Source: Candidatus Hydrothermarchaeota archaeon
Lineage (GTDB): Archaea; CAYFZR01
Direction of reading: 5' to 3'
Length of the DNA: 64,000 bases
Assembly: GCA_046760505.1 (NCBI GenBank)
Contig: JBHIEG010000002.1
Location: 1 to 64,000 of the forward strand
Shown here: one piece after another, positions 48,837-60,748 of the stretch
Position numbering within the stretch: the stretch's first letter is position 1
Layout: the number at the start of each line of letters is the position of its first letter
Position numbers and translations under genes: made by a program
The notes under the pieces: generated by a model
The model's input: only the letters and a program-made list of their open reading frames with translations
Database searches by the model: none
Told to the model about the DNA's origin: nothing

Positions 48837-49228
48837 ATTATTACCTTTTTAAAGTTATCTTGCGTGTCTAAGCCTTAATTTTCTTCTTACTTAAATAAAT
48901 TTTCATTTTCACATCACTATTTGGATTTTTTCAGAGCAACGATAAGCCTTTATTTTTTAAATAAAAATCTAATACTTCTTAGATATTAAATTCAAACCTG
49001 AATATTTATTTGATATAATATTCCAAATGGTAAAATGATTTTTTAAGTCGCTTCTTTACCCCAAACTTTTTATATGAGAAATAATATATAGAACTCAATG
49101 CAAGGATCTAAAGCATTACTTTTACCTGTAATTCGGCTCTATGTATTGACTAAATCTAACCATCTTCTCACTGAAGGTGTATGACCAGTGTCAGAAGATT
49201 TTTGACATGTTAGGAGGTAAAACAGAAT

Positions 49229-50773
49229 ATGGAAGGCACGATTGCTTACGAACTTGCAAAGAAACAGAAGGAAATAAGCGTATCCGAATTTTTCTCAAAA
49301 AACAGAGCAATGCTGGGCTTTGATAACCCGCAGAAAGCATTGTTTATAAGCGTGAAAGAAGCGGTAGATAACTCTCTTGATGCGTGCGAGGAGGCTAAAA
49401 TACTTCCAGACATAATTGTTAAAGTAAGTGAAGTTAAAAATGGGCTCTACAGTGTATGTGTAGAGGACAATGGTCCTGGAATTCTGCCTGAACAGATTCC
49501 TCTGATATTCGGCAAGTTACTATACGGTTCAAGGTTTCATACCCGAAAACAAACGAGGGGGCAACAAGGAATAGGAATTTCAGGCGCTGTCCTGTACTCA
49601 AACCTCACGACAGGTCATGGTGCGATCGTAGAATCTTCTATAGGAAAGGGAAAACCGACCTACAAGTTTGAGGTGTCTGTAGATCTGCACAAGAATCAGC
49701 CACGTTTCAAAAAATTAAATGAATCCTTTAATTCTAGAGCCCATGGAACAAGAATCGAGATACTCGTTAAAGGTGCTTACAGGAGAGGAGAGAGATCAAT
49801 AGATTCTTATATAGAACAAACCGTCACCGCTAATCCTTGGCTAACGCTCACTTATATAAATCCGGAGGGAAAGAAGGTAGTGTATCAACGTTCATCTAAC
49901 CAGCTACCTCCAGAACCCAAGGAAATACCCATACACCCTCACGGCATAGATGTTGGGGAGTTAATGCTTCTTTTAAGATTAAGCAGTCACAAAAAATTGA
50001 GGTCGTTCCTAATAGAAACTTTTAGCAGGATAAGTACTACGAGCGTAGAAAAAATAGGTGCAATATCCGGAGTTAATCTAAGTAAAAAACCTTCTAAGAT
50101 AGATTTAGAGGAGGCGAAAAGATTAGTAAGTGCTTTCAAAAAAATAAAATTCATACGCCCTCCTACAGATTGTTTGTCCCCCATAGGACCAGATCTTATT
50201 GAAAAAGGTATTTTAAGAGTTCATGATGTAGATTTTGTTGCAAAAAGTATTCGTGAACCCACCGTATATTCTGGGAACCCGTTTTTGATTGAGTGCGGAC
50301 TCGGCTATGGTGGAGAACTTCCCAGAGAAAACAGAGTAAAAATATTGAGGTTCGCAAACCGGGTTCCACTACTTTATCAGGAAGGGGCGGATGTAATTAC
50401 TCACACGATAGAAAAAATTGACTGGCGAAAATATGGGCTAAATCAGCCAGGTGGAAAGGGCATTCCCCATGGACCTGCCTTAATTATGGTGCATGTTGCA
50501 AGCGTTTACGTACCATTTACATCAGAAGCCAAGGAAGCGATAGGAAATATAACAGAAATAGCAAAGGAGATCAGACTCGGGCTTCAGGAATGCGGTAGAC
50601 AACTCAGAATTTATCTGAGCAAGAAGAGAAGAGAGGAAAAACTTAAAGAGAGAGCAGATTGGGTCAGGGAATATGTTCCTTTAATACTCCAAAAAGCCGC
50701 TGAAATTACAGGGGAAGAGGCACCAGATCCAACTCCGATTATTCATAGAATTTTGGGGAGACCACTCGAATGA
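49229..50773 (+). CDS. top6B: DNA topoisomerase VI subunit B
   Basis: [39 protein letters not shown]. Confidence 0.97.
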   Translation: MEGTIAYELAKKQKEISVSEFFSKNRAMLGFDNPQKALFISVKEAVDNSLDACEEAKILPDIIVKVSEVKNGLYSVCVEDNGPGILPEQIPLIFGKLLYGSRFHTRKQTRGQQGIGISGAVLYSNLTTGHGAIVESSIGKGKPTYKFEVSVDLHKNQPRFKKLNESFNSRAHGTRIEILVKGAYRRGERSIDSYIEQTVTANPWLTLTYINPEGKKVVYQRSSNQLPPEPKEIPIHPHGIDVGELMLLLRLSSHKKLRSFLIETFSRISTTSVEKIGAISGVNLSKKPSKIDLEEAKRLVSAFKKIKFIRPPTDCLSPIGPDLIEKGILRVHDVDFVAKSIREPTVYSGNPFLIECGLGYGGELPRENRVKILRFANRVPLLYQEGADVITHTIEKIDWRKYGLNQPGGKGIPHGPALIMVHVASVYVPFTSEAKEAIGNITEIAKEIRLGLQECGRQLRIYLSKKRREEKLKERADWVREYVPLILQKAAEITGEEAPDPTPIIHRILGRPLE

Positions 50774-51849
50774 AAGAAGAAGAAGTAATAACTAGACTCT
50801 TAAGCTTGCCGAAAAAATTAATCGACCAAGGAAGGGAAGTAAAGATACCCCATCTCAGACTGCCATCCAGAACGAAAGGAAATATTATATTCGACGAAAA
50901 ATTTAGGGTCTGGGTTTATGGAAATAAACTTACTACAAGAAGTGCAAAGAAAAAAGACGAAGCAATAGGGATACTCAAAACATTGTACGTCATAGACTTC
51001 TTTAAAAATCAAATAGAAACAGGAAAATCATCTACTCTAAGAGAATTGTATTATATATCTGAGAACTGGGGAAAACTGATAAGGTTCAACGAACAACAAG
51101 AAAGCGACAAGCTTATAGAAGATATCGAAATAATGCTTCATCTCCAAAGAGAAGATTTTAAAATGTATCCTGAAGAAGACGGGGCCAGCGTCCTTGGAAA
51201 TCTTAGAATCAGGGAGCCTACTAATCGAGGTATCAGAGAAATCCACTGTATAGATGATGTAGGTGAGACTGGATACGCGATACCCACAAACGTGGATAAA
51301 CTAGAGTTCTTAGATTATGATGCTGATTTTGTCATAGCGGTAGAAACCGGAGGCATGTTTATGAGGCTAAGAGAGGAAAAATTCGATGAGAAATTTCGAT
51401 CAATCCTAGTTCATTTAAAAGGCCAACCTGCTAGAGCCACAAGAAGATTTTTGAGGAGACTTAACACAGAACTGGGATTGCCTGTAGTGGTATTCACAGA
51501 TTGCGATCCTTGGTCATTCAGAATTTATGCCTCCCTGGCATATGGTGCCATAAAGACCGCTCACTTGAGCGAATATCTCGCTACTCCAAACGCGGTGTTT
51601 TTGGGAGTAAAGCCCAGCGATATAGTTGAGTACGATCTTCCAACGGATAAGCTCAAAGAACAGGATATAAACGCTCTGGAATCGGAATTAGAAGATCCTA
51701 GATTTCAAACTGAGTTCTGGGAAAGAGAAATTAAACTTCAGTTAGAGTTAGGGAAGAAATCTGAGCAGCAGGCACTAGCGAAATACGGTCTTAGCTACGT
51801 CGTTGAAGAATATTTGCCAAATGAACTTTCGAAGATCGGAATAATTTAA
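50770..51849 (+). CDS. top6A: DNA topoisomerase VI subunit A
   Basis: [37 protein letters not shown]. Confidence 0.97.
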   Translation: MKEEEVITRLLSLPKKLIDQGREVKIPHLRLPSRTKGNIIFDEKFRVWVYGNKLTTRSAKKKDEAIGILKTLYVIDFFKNQIETGKSSTLRELYYISENWGKLIRFNEQQESDKLIEDIEIMLHLQREDFKMYPEEDGASVLGNLRIREPTNRGIREIHCIDDVGETGYAIPTNVDKLEFLDYDADFVIAVETGGMFMRLREEKFDEKFRSILVHLKGQPARATRRFLRRLNTELGLPVVVFTDCDPWSFRIYASLAYGAIKTAHLSEYLATPNAVFLGVKPSDIVEYDLPTDKLKEQDINALESELEDPRFQTEFWEREIKLQLELGKKSEQQALAKYGLSYVVEEYLPNELSKIGII

Positions 51850-51890
51850 ATGTTATTTTTTCATGTAACATTCCTTCAAGGGTTGATTGG

Positions 51891-53543
51891 ATGCCGGTCA
51901 TATCCTTCAGGTACGATGAACTGATAGAGGCTCTGGGAAAAGATTTTCCCCTAACTTACCTTATTGAAAAGATTCCCATGTTAGGTAGCGACATAGAGGA
52001 CTACGACGAAAACAAAATAGACATAGAACTTTTTCCAAACAGACCAGATCTCTATAGTTTAGAAGGATTGGTTCTTGCACTAAAAGGTTTTTTTGAGATT
52101 GAAACTGGTTTGCCTGTATTTAATACAAAAATGAGTAATATAGAAGTAGAAGTTGATCCGAGTGTAAATGAAGTGCGCCCCTACATCGTTTGCGGCATTG
52201 TAAAGGGACTTAATCTCACGGACAGAGAGATAGAAAGACTCATAGAGTTTCAGGAAGATTTACACTGGGCTATCGGAAGAGATAGGAGTAAAGCATCCAT
52301 TGGAATTCACGATCTGGATAAGGTAAAGCCTCCATTTAAATACCATGCGATAAATCCTGAAGAAATAAGTTTTGTCCCATTAGATATGGAAGAGGAAATG
52401 AACCTTGAGGAGATACTTAGATATCATCCGAAAGGAATTGAATACAGGCATATAGTCATGTCTCATTCGAGATACCCCATAATCACAGATATAAATCATG
52501 ATGTACTGTCTTTCCCACCCATTATAAACGGTGAATTAACTAGAGTGACAGAGGAAACAAAAAATATATTTATAGATATCACAGGCACGGATTTCAGGGC
52601 AATAGAGAATGCATTAAAAATTTTGATAACTTCTTTCCACGAGAAAGGAGAAATCTACAGTCTAAAAATAATCTATCCTGAGAAAGAGATTATTACTCCG
52701 GATCTTAGTCCTACAGAAATGACCTTATCTAAAGATTTTGTTAAAGATCTGTTAGGCAAAGAATTTGAAATGGATGAGATCAAGCATGCCCTAGAAAAGA
52801 TGAGGTATGGCTGTACTATCGAGAAAGATATGGTAAAGGTTAAGATACCTTGTTATCGTGTGGACATACTTCATCCAGTGGATATCGTTGAAGACGTTGC
52901 TATTGGCTATGGATACGAGAAGTTCTCCGAGAAACTACCTGAAACAATGACATTCGGGGAAAAACATCCGGTGGAAGAAATATCAGAGGATGTTAGAGAA
53001 CTCATGATATCTCTAGGCTTTCAGGAGGTAATGACCCTATCCCTAACAAACGAGGCAGATCACTATGAGAAGATGAATCTTAAAAAATGTGAATCGGTAG
53101 AGATAGAAAACCCTGTTACAGAAGAACATACAATAGTGAGGACTTCTCTCTTGCCTAATCTAATGGAGCAACTGAAGTTGAATAAAAGATTTGATCTTCC
53201 TCAGAGGATATTTGAGATTGGTGATGTCGTATTGTTAGGTGAAACGGAAACTGGGGGAGTTAATGTAAGAAAGGTGTGCGGAGTAACGATTCATCCAAAA
53301 TCAAACTTCTCTGAAATAAAGTCTGTTGTGATAACCTTGCTGGATAATCTTGGAGTAGATTATCGTATTGAACCTCGTGTTCATGGTTCCTTCATAAATG
53401 GAAGATGTGCAAAGATTATATCGAATGAAAGAGAAATAGGTGTATTCGGTGAAATACATCCAAAAGTTATCGTAAACTATGGGCTTGCACATCCTGTGGT
53501 GGGATTTGAGATTTCAATTGAAGATCTGAGGGAAATAATATGA
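51891..53543 (+). CDS. pheT: Phenylalanyl-tRNA synthetase beta subunit (archaeal)
   Basis: PNRPDL, SFPPIIN, YRVDILHPVDIVEDVAIGYGY, RTSLLP, GEIHP. Confidence 0.96.
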   Translation: MPVISFRYDELIEALGKDFPLTYLIEKIPMLGSDIEDYDENKIDIELFPNRPDLYSLEGLVLALKGFFEIETGLPVFNTKMSNIEVEVDPSVNEVRPYIVCGIVKGLNLTDREIERLIEFQEDLHWAIGRDRSKASIGIHDLDKVKPPFKYHAINPEEISFVPLDMEEEMNLEEILRYHPKGIEYRHIVMSHSRYPIITDINHDVLSFPPIINGELTRVTEETKNIFIDITGTDFRAIENALKILITSFHEKGEIYSLKIIYPEKEIITPDLSPTEMTLSKDFVKDLLGKEFEMDEIKHALEKMRYGCTIEKDMVKVKIPCYRVDILHPVDIVEDVAIGYGYEKFSEKLPETMTFGEKHPVEEISEDVRELMISLGFQEVMTLSLTNEADHYEKMNLKKCESVEIENPVTEEHTIVRTSLLPNLMEQLKLNKRFDLPQRIFEIGDVVLLGETETGGVNVRKVCGVTIHPKSNFSEIKSVVITLLDNLGVDYRIEPRVHGSFINGRCAKIISNEREIGVFGEIHPKVIVNYGLAHPVVGFEISIEDLREII

Positions 53544-53821
53544 AAACGCCAACGAAGATTAGTGTTTCGGTAGAAGAATCTGAGGTAATTCCTGTAAAGG
53601 CAGGGGGAAAGCATACTGGAGAAGAATTGATAGTGATTAGATCAATAACCAGAGTTGGAGATATTGAGGCAACAGTAAAGAGACCGATTGCCATAAAGGA
53701 CAAGGAAAACAGGATCATACCTTTGGACGTAAAACTAGAAGCATTGGAATTGATACTACATGATATGAGGGAGAGATGCCTCCAGATTTTAGAGGAAAGA
53801 AGGGCCTCCAAGAAATCATGA
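53540..53821 (+). CDS. Hypothetical protein
   Basis: 93 aa ORF overlapping the pheT stop. Confidence 0.55.
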   Translation: MKTPTKISVSVEESEVIPVKAGGKHTGEELIVIRSITRVGDIEATVKRPIAIKDKENRIIPLDVKLEALELILHDMRERCLQILEERRASKKS

Positions 53822-53918
53822 GTTTATATAATTCCATTATCAAAAAATTTATATCATTGATATTGTTTGTAAATGATTGATCAAATGATGGAAAAGATGT
53901 CAGGGAGGTGAATGGTAG

Positions 53919-54905
53919 ATGAGGAGGAGCGTAAAAGGATTTTTACTGGTTATAATAATTTCTACTGTGCTTTTCTCTGGTTGTACAGCGAAACCACCAG
54001 AAAAACCAGAGAAGGTAAAAGTTAGGCTAGGATACTTAACCGCAGACCTGCACCAGCTAGCATACTATGTAGCAAAGAAGAAAGGCTGGTACGAAGAAGC
54101 AGGAATAGAAGTAATTCCTGTTGAATACATAAACGGAGCCTTTGAAATGGATGGTTTTAAGGCAAATGAGATAGATGTGGGTTATCTAGGTACTGCGCCA
54201 GCCACCATTAAGCATGCTAACCTAGACATACCAATCCAGATTCTCGCTCAGGTGAACAATGAAGGCTCTGCAATAGTCGTGGGAAAGGATAAGGGCATAA
54301 AATCTGTAAAGGATTTGAAAGGAAAGAACATAGGAATACCTGGTCCAGGAACAGTACAGCATTTTCTCTTATTGAAAGCACTTTCCCAAGTAGGATTAGA
54401 ATCTAAAGATGTATCATTAGTTTATCCAATGCCTGGAAAAAGCATGTTAGACAACCTAAAAACAGGCACAATAGATGCGTTCGTAGGATGGGAACCTTTT
54501 AACGCCGCAGCAGTAGAAGGGGGATATGGCGAAATATTGATAACTTCCCACGAAATATGGCCAAGCCACCCTTGCTGTGTACTAGCGACAAGGATGGATT
54601 TCAAGAGAAATAATCCAGAAACAATTCAAAAGCTCGTAGATATCCACGTCAGAGCAACGAAATGGATAAAAGAAAATCCTGAGGAAGCGGTCAGGTATGG
54701 GGTTGAATTTACAGGAAGAAGCGAAGAAGCAGTGAGACTGGCTATGAAAAACATAGACTTCGCCTACGAGCCAAATGAGGAGGGAACAAAAACTTATCTG
54801 ACCGAACTGCTAGAATTCGGAATTATAAAACAAGAGAAGGTTCCAGACAAGGATCAATTTATCAGAGATTTCTTTGATAAAAGTTTCGTCGAAAAAACAT
54901 CCTAA
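53919..54905 (+). CDS. NitT/TauT ABC transporter substrate-binding lipoprotein
   Basis: Lipobox FSGC; GYL..DLHQ; WEPF; HPCC. Confidence 0.9.
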   Translation: MRRSVKGFLLVIIISTVLFSGCTAKPPEKPEKVKVRLGYLTADLHQLAYYVAKKKGWYEEAGIEVIPVEYINGAFEMDGFKANEIDVGYLGTAPATIKHANLDIPIQILAQVNNEGSAIVVGKDKGIKSVKDLKGKNIGIPGPGTVQHFLLLKALSQVGLESKDVSLVYPMPGKSMLDNLKTGTIDAFVGWEPFNAAAVEGGYGEILITSHEIWPSHPCCVLATRMDFKRNNPETIQKLVDIHVRATKWIKENPEEAVRYGVEFTGRSEEAVRLAMKNIDFAYEPNEEGTKTYLTELLEFGIIKQEKVPDKDQFIRDFFDKSFVEKTS

Positions 54906-54930
54906 TCCTTTTTTATTTTTTGGTGATTCA

Positions 54931-55725
54931 ATGCCAATAAAAATAGAGAAAACAACAAAGTGGGTTTCCCCAGTTATAGCGATCTTTCTATGGGAGATAC
55001 TTGCTATCTTAATTTCAGATCCATCAATTTTACCCTATCCCCTTGAAACGTTTAAGTTTTGGTATAAACTAGCGGTAGAAGGTTATATGGGAAATACACT
55101 TTTTCAGCATACAACAATGAGTCTTATCAGGGTTTTGCTAGGATTTACCATGGCAAGCATTATAGCAATTCCGATGGGCATAATTATGGGCTGGATAAGG
55201 TATGCAGAAAGTGCATTGGGAACGATTATAGAAACTTTAAGACCTATCCCTCCTTTGGCATGGATACCTCTGGTTTTGCTGTGGTTTGGAGGAACGAGTA
55301 TTCTCTCGCAGGCGATAATCATTTTTATCGGGGCATTCTTTCCAATACTCCTGAATACAATTTCTGGAGTGAAGAGCACGCCAAAAATACTGGTAGAGGC
55401 AGCCTATACTCTTGGGACAAACGAGAAAGAGCTGGTGAGAAAAGTTGTGATCCCTTCTTCTTTACCCTATGTGATAACAGGTCTCCGCATCGGGCTGGGC
55501 ATTGGTTGGATGTGTCTCGTAGCCGCTGAATTCATGGGGGTAAAAAACGGTTTAGGCTTAGGAGCAATGATGATATTTTTCCATGGCGCCGGTATTCCGG
55601 AAGGGATAATAGTTGGAATGCTAATGATAGGTATAATAGGATTAATAATGAACGAGATAGTTATATTTGTGGAGAAAAGAACTCTGGTATGGAGAGAGGA
55701 GGTCGGTTTGAGATTGGGAGTATAA
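54931..55725 (+). CDS. NitT/TauT ABC transporter permease
   Basis: [17 protein letters not shown] loop, W.CLVAAE. Confidence 0.92.
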   Translation: MPIKIEKTTKWVSPVIAIFLWEILAILISDPSILPYPLETFKFWYKLAVEGYMGNTLFQHTTMSLIRVLLGFTMASIIAIPMGIIMGWIRYAESALGTIIETLRPIPPLAWIPLVLLWFGGTSILSQAIIIFIGAFFPILLNTISGVKSTPKILVEAAYTLGTNEKELVRKVVIPSSLPYVITGLRIGLGIGWMCLVAAEFMGVKNGLGLGAMMIFFHGAGIPEGIIVGMLMIGIIGLIMNEIVIFVEKRTLVWREEVGLRLGV

Positions 55726-56483
55726 GGCTAGAGAACATCTCAAAGGTATTCGTTGACGAAGATGGAGAAGAAGTTCTGGCCTTAAAGAATGTTTCATTTG
55801 AAGTTAATGACGGCGAATTTGTTTGTATTGTAGGTCCAAGCGGATGCGGTAAGACAACTCTACTTAGAATAGCAGCTGGCTTAGAAAAACCCACTGCTGG
55901 GAAGGTATATTTAGATGGAAAAGAGGTAAAAGGTCCTGGCTCGGAAAGAGGAATGGTTTTCCAAGAATATGCTCTTTTTCCCTGGAGAACTGTTAAAAAG
56001 AATATAGAATTTGGTCTTGAATTGAAAAATGTACCTAAAAAAGAAAGAGAAGAAATCATAAAGAGATACGTCGATCTGGTAGGGCTCAACGGATTTGAAA
56101 GCAGTTATCCTCATGAACTATCGGGTGGCATGAAGCAAAGAGTCGCTTTAGCGAGAGTCCTAGCAAACGATCCCGATGTTCTCTTGATGGACGAGCCTTT
56201 TGGTGCTTTAGATGCTCAAACGAGAAATGTGATGCAGGAAGAATTGCTGAGAGTATGGCAAAAAGCAAGAAAAACCGTCCTTTTTGTAACCCACAGCGTG
56301 GACGAAGCTGTTTATCTAGGTGATAAGGTAGTTGTCCTTACCGCAAGACCAGGAGAGGTTAAAGGTATCTTTGAGATCAATGTCCCGAGACCCAGGAATA
56401 GAACTGCCTGCGAACCCATTGTGCTTACAAGGGCAAAGATCCTTGATATACTAACGGAAGAAGTTAAAAAAACCCTGATTTAG
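55689..56483 (+). CDS. NitT/TauT ABC transporter ATP-binding protein
   Basis: [27 protein letters not shown]. Confidence 0.95.
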   Translation: MERGGRFEIGSIRLENISKVFVDEDGEEVLALKNVSFEVNDGEFVCIVGPSGCGKTTLLRIAAGLEKPTAGKVYLDGKEVKGPGSERGMVFQEYALFPWRTVKKNIEFGLELKNVPKKEREEIIKRYVDLVGLNGFESSYPHELSGGMKQRVALARVLANDPDVLLMDEPFGALDAQTRNVMQEELLRVWQKARKTVLFVTHSVDEAVYLGDKVVVLTARPGEVKGIFEINVPRPRNRTACEPIVLTRAKILDILTEEVKKTLI

Positions 56484-58042
56484 GCTTTAAACAAAATTAT
56501 TTCGGCTGTTTTTGAGTCTATCCACCTGACGTGAATTAAATCGTCTCTCAACTTTGAGACATAGTCATACTTAGATAAAACTATAGAACCTGCTCTCGTC
56601 CCGTATCTGTCGCTTCCTGCCACCACAACGATATCGCCATCTCCCAAAGGTTTTTCTAGGTAAGCTATAATCCCTTCTCCAGGCTTCATCTTGTTAAAGT
56701 CTACTTTTAACTTGCCTTTTTCAATCAAAAGTTTGGTTATTTCATTTGCTTCGGGTCCGCCCACTAAGACGAGATTTTTATCGTATAATTCTTTTTCGCT
56801 TAACTCGTCGTCCAATCTTGCTACAGGCTCGACAAATCTGAATTCTCCAGTCTGTCTTTGCAGTGTCAAGGTTTCACCAATTTTGGCTTCGTATACTTCT
56901 TCATCTATCCTAAGATCCACGTAATCTTTATGAATTTTTTCAAGCAAAATTTTAGAGCCAAATTCTATCTCATCTCCCTCTTCAAGTTCTACTCTTTTTT
57001 CTCCCAATCTCTCAACATGCCAACGAGCAAGATCATCTATGCGCTCATCAAAGACTATTTTAGTTCCATCAATAAATTTGACGTAATCATTCTCCTCCAA
57101 TAACTGAGCAGTTTTCTTAATTAATGATATCTCATCTTTTTTTAGGACGTACTCATAACCCGCGTCAAAATCGTCTCCGTCGTATATTCTCCTATCTTTC
57201 TGGTAAACCCTTATCTGGGCCTTGTAGTCTCCAACTACTGATCTAAAAGTACCCAGAAGCTCAATATAAATGTCTTCATAATTGAAAGGTCTTTCTAATC
57301 TTATTACGTCTTCAATCAGTAACTTATCATGCTTGTAAAGTCTAAAGGATGCGGACTCGGTCCTCGTATTAATTCCAGTTATCTCTAATTGGTATCCATC
57401 GAATGATTTCGTTTGATGTAGCGGTATGAGATCCTCTAATAATATCTTTCCGGTCGTCATATGCTCTTCTGGCTCGTAATCAACCAAATAAAGTTCTTTA
57501 TCCAATATCTTAATCCTCGTTGGCAACAAGTTATATACATTATCAGAAAACTCTAAAGTATAGGTAAAATCATCCACTTTCAATTCTCTGCCATCATATT
57601 TTATTCTAAAAGAGATTTTTTCTTTCTCTTCGAATTCTTCTTTATTTTCTGTTTCCAATTTAATTTCCTTTAAGGAAGGTAACTCCTCCTGAGTAAGCTC
57701 CTCAAGTCTGTATCCGTTCTTCTCGATTTTTCTATCAGTTGAGGAAACAGCAGCCTCTATATGCAATTCTGCCGTATCGCTGTCTATATCAATTAATTCA
57801 AGGGTCCCTATTTTCTTCCATGTGCTGAGAAAATAGAATCCCTTTATTATGTTTATTGCACTTATTGAATCCATGGGGGGGCTATTTTTCCCTATAACTA
57901 TAATCGAGTTCTGTTCACTTCCCTTTACGAAAGGGCTCGGATAATCTGAGAGATCGTAGGCAAATGAGGATGAAAGCAGGCAAGGTATCAGGAGTGAGAT
58001 GATGAGTAATCTTAGGTTCATGGAGGAATACAACTCAACCAT
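56480..58042 (-). CDS. S-layer family protein
   Basis: Signal peptide; YP.PFV...IVIG...D..SAI N-terminal motif; C-terminal [10 protein letters not shown]...[10 protein letters not shown]. Confidence 0.8.
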   Translation of the reverse strand: MVELYSSMNLRLLIISLLIPCLLSSSFAYDLSDYPSPFVKGSEQNSIIVIGKNSPPMDSISAINIIKGFYFLSTWKKIGTLELIDIDSDTAELHIEAAVSSTDRKIEKNGYRLEELTQEELPSLKEIKLETENKEEFEEKEKISFRIKYDGRELKVDDFTYTLEFSDNVYNLLPTRIKILDKELYLVDYEPEEHMTTGKILLEDLIPLHQTKSFDGYQLEITGINTRTESASFRLYKHDKLLIEDVIRLERPFNYEDIYIELLGTFRSVVGDYKAQIRVYQKDRRIYDGDDFDAGYEYVLKKDEISLIKKTAQLLEENDYVKFIDGTKIVFDERIDDLARWHVERLGEKRVELEEGDEIEFGSKILLEKIHKDYVDLRIDEEVYEAKIGETLTLQRQTGEFRFVEPVARLDDELSEKELYDKNLVLVGGPEANEITKLLIEKGKLKVDFNKMKPGEGIIAYLEKPLGDGDIVVVAGSDRYGTRAGSIVLSKYDYVSKLRDDLIHVRWIDSKTAEIILFKA

Positions 58043-58065
58043 GTATATAATTTTAATGTTTCTAA

Positions 58066-58551
58066 TTAGCCGAATTTGTACCCTATCTTCCTTAAGAATT
58101 CCTTTCTCTTTTCAATGTCTTCTTCTTCCTCTACACCTTTTGGTGGAAAACCATCTATAACCCCTAAAATTCCCCTTCCTTGCTCCGTCTCAGCTATTAC
58201 AACTTGAAGAGGATTTGCGGTTGCACAATAAATCGAACAGACTTCTGGAACGCTTTTTATGGTGTTCAGTATGTTAATCGGAAATCCTTCTCTCATGAAT
58301 ATGATAAAAATGTGACCACACCCGAGTTTTAGTGCGTTTTCCTCTGCTATCTTTTTCAATTCTTCATCGTTACCTACACTTCTGATGAGACAAGGACCCG
58401 AAGCCTCGGAAAAGGCGATGCCAAACTTGCTGTTTGGAATCGTATTCATGAAAGCCTCGTACAGGTCTTCTATTGTTTTTATAAAATGAGTTTGTCCCAA
58501 TATAACATTACATCCCTCAGGAATCTTTATTTCTTCAATTTTAAGTTCCAC
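58066..58551 (-). CDS. Adenosine-specific kinase family (DUF355) protein
   Basis: [41 protein letters not shown]; GTG start at 58551. Confidence 0.88.
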   Translation of the reverse strand: MELKIEEIKIPEGCNVILGQTHFIKTIEDLYEAFMNTIPNSKFGIAFSEASGPCLIRSVGNDEELKKIAEENALKLGCGHIFIIFMREGFPINILNTIKSVPEVCSIYCATANPLQVVIAETEQGRGILGVIDGFPPKGVEEEEDIEKRKEFLRKIGYKFG

Positions 58552-58696
58552 AGGACCACCCCTCCTGATTAATAGAAAAATGATATAAATAATTTTCAGT
58601 GATTGATAAGTCCAAATCATTTATTTGTTTTATTCTCGGTTTTATCGTCTGACAATCGTCTTAAACACATTTATATACCTGTTTTTAAAAATCTAA

Positions 58697-59176
58697 ATGA
58701 TAAAAGGGATTAATATGCTAAAAGAACATCAATTAGTTGAATGTGAATGCAAGAATAAACTTTTCAACCATTACTGCCTGAAATGCAATCTCGAGGTTGA
58801 ATCAGACTTAAGAGAATTCAGAAAAAAACTACTGGATTGTTCTTTTGAACTAATTTTCAAATGCATAGAGAGGTATAAAGAAATTTATCGAATTTTAGAG
58901 CAAAAAGTTACCATTGAGGAATTGAACGAACTTGAGAAGGAATACAAAGATTTTTATGATGATATCAAAAATGGAAGGGTGAGTAAGGAAAAGGAAACTC
59001 TCTTTCTTGATCGCATAATCTTTAAACATATGAAAAGAATATTGAAACAAATGAATAGCGAACTTTATACCTATCTAAAGGAAAATTCAGACATATTGGA
59101 GGGATATACTGACGAGAGAGCAAAATATCTCTGGAATCTCATCGACGGCATGGTTGGAAAAAGTATCATTTGGTAA
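58697..59176 (+). CDS. Hypothetical protein with N-terminal Cys cluster
   Basis: CEC...CLKC followed by a helical region. Confidence 0.5.
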   Translation: MIKGINMLKEHQLVECECKNKLFNHYCLKCNLEVESDLREFRKKLLDCSFELIFKCIERYKEIYRILEQKVTIEELNELEKEYKDFYDDIKNGRVSKEKETLFLDRIIFKHMKRILKQMNSELYTYLKENSDILEGYTDERAKYLWNLIDGMVGKSIIW

Positions 59177-59224
59177 CTGAATATTTTACCTAAAGAATTA
59201 AAATAATACCTCCATATTAAATTC

Positions 59225-59965
59225 ATGTTTGTCACCATTTTGGGAACCGGAGTTTTGATTCCCGAGCAGAACCGGGCACAGGCAGGTATCCTTGTAGAAT
59301 CAGAGGATACTCTGGTTTTGTTTGACTGCGGGAATGGTGTTCTGAAAAGAATAATCCAAGCAGGATATGACCACGAAGATATACAGCACGTGTTCATTTC
59401 GCACATTCACATAGATCATACGAGCGATATACCGCCTCTCTTGGGAGCTAATTTTTTAAAAGGAAAGCTTGATTTTAAATTGTACGGACCAAAGGGCACA
59501 AAAGACTGGCTAACTAAGATACTCGAAGCATACGACTACATTGAGAGAATAAACTTCCAAGTCAATGAAATAAAGGATGAAGAACTCATCGAATTGGGAG
59601 ACCTTAGGATAAGATGCAGATATGTTTCTCACGGAGTTCCTTCCCTAGGCTTTAGAATTGAATGCGACTCTTCCATGGTTTATTCAGGCGATACAGAAAC
59701 ATGCAACGGGATGAGAGATCTATGTTCGAAGAAAACAGATTTGTTGATTCACGAATGCTCTTTCCTGGATGATTTTCCCCGCAGATACGGACACACGACG
59801 CCTTCTGCCCTATCTGAATTTTTAAAGAATTTGAATGTAAGCTCTTTGATCGTTACCCACATTTATCCAGAATCAAGACACGAAGAGCTTATAATCAAAG
59901 CCATAAGGAAGAATTATCAGAATGAATTAATGATCGGTGAGGATCTGCTCAGGGTAGAAATATAA
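59225..59965 (+). CDS. MBL-fold metallohydrolase (RNase Z-like)
   Basis: LGTG, DCG.G, SHIHIDH, YSGDT, HECS, H, THIY. Confidence 0.88.
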   Translation: MFVTILGTGVLIPEQNRAQAGILVESEDTLVLFDCGNGVLKRIIQAGYDHEDIQHVFISHIHIDHTSDIPPLLGANFLKGKLDFKLYGPKGTKDWLTKILEAYDYIERINFQVNEIKDEELIELGDLRIRCRYVSHGVPSLGFRIECDSSMVYSGDTETCNGMRDLCSKKTDLLIHECSFLDDFPRRYGHTTPSALSEFLKNLNVSSLIVTHIYPESRHEELIIKAIRKNYQNELMIGEDLLRVEI

Positions 59966-60696
59966 TGGATGCAGTAATCTTGGCCGCTGGAAAGGGAAAA
60001 AGACTCATGCCAATAACTGAAAGGATTGCAAAACCTCTTTTACCAATAGATGGTAAGCCAGTAATAGAGCAAATAGTTATTTCTTTAAAAAAATTGGGTT
60101 TTAAACGTATTTTTATAATAATCGGACATCTTGGAAACCAAATAGAAAAATATCTTGGAAACGGATCGAAGTATAATATAAAGATAGAGTACAGAAGACA
60201 GGTTCCTCTGGGGACCGCTCATGCACTGAGATGCGTAGAAAATGATATAAAGGGAGACTTTCTGGTAACAGCAAGTGATTCCATATTCCCTTTAAGCCAT
60301 ATCAGAGACTTGGTTAAGAAACATAAGAAAGAGAGATGCGATGCGACGATAAGCCTAAAAAAAGTAAATATTAAAGATATACCATCCATGAGTACCGTAA
60401 CTCTGCAAGGAGACAGAATCTTAAAGATAGTAGAAAAGCCAAAAAAAGGACAAGTGTTGAGCAACATTTCCGCATCCCCCCTATATGTTTTTGGCGATGT
60501 TGTTTTTGATTTCTTAAAAGATGTAAGAATATCTGAAAGAGGAGAATACGAGTTACAGGACGCTATTCAAAAAATGATTGATTCTAACTTATGTGTAAAG
60601 GGGGTATTTTCTGAGAAATGGAAGCATCTTACAGATATAAACGATCTGATCGAACTGAACTTTCCTTATCTCATAGAATTCATGAAAGATCTGTAG
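59965..60696 (+). CDS. Sugar-phosphate nucleotidyltransferase
   Basis: ILAAGKGKRL.P, KPLL, LGTAHA, VEKP, SERGEYEL.DA. Confidence 0.9.
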   Translation: MDAVILAAGKGKRLMPITERIAKPLLPIDGKPVIEQIVISLKKLGFKRIFIIIGHLGNQIEKYLGNGSKYNIKIEYRRQVPLGTAHALRCVENDIKGDFLVTASDSIFPLSHIRDLVKKHKKERCDATISLKKVNIKDIPSMSTVTLQGDRILKIVEKPKKGQVLSNISASPLYVFGDVVFDFLKDVRISERGEYELQDAIQKMIDSNLCVKGVFSEKWKHLTDINDLIELNFPYLIEFMKDL

Positions 60697-60748
60697 GTGC
60701 GCTTTCGTATTTCAGCCTATTATGTTTAAGTAGTATTGAAATTAAGGT

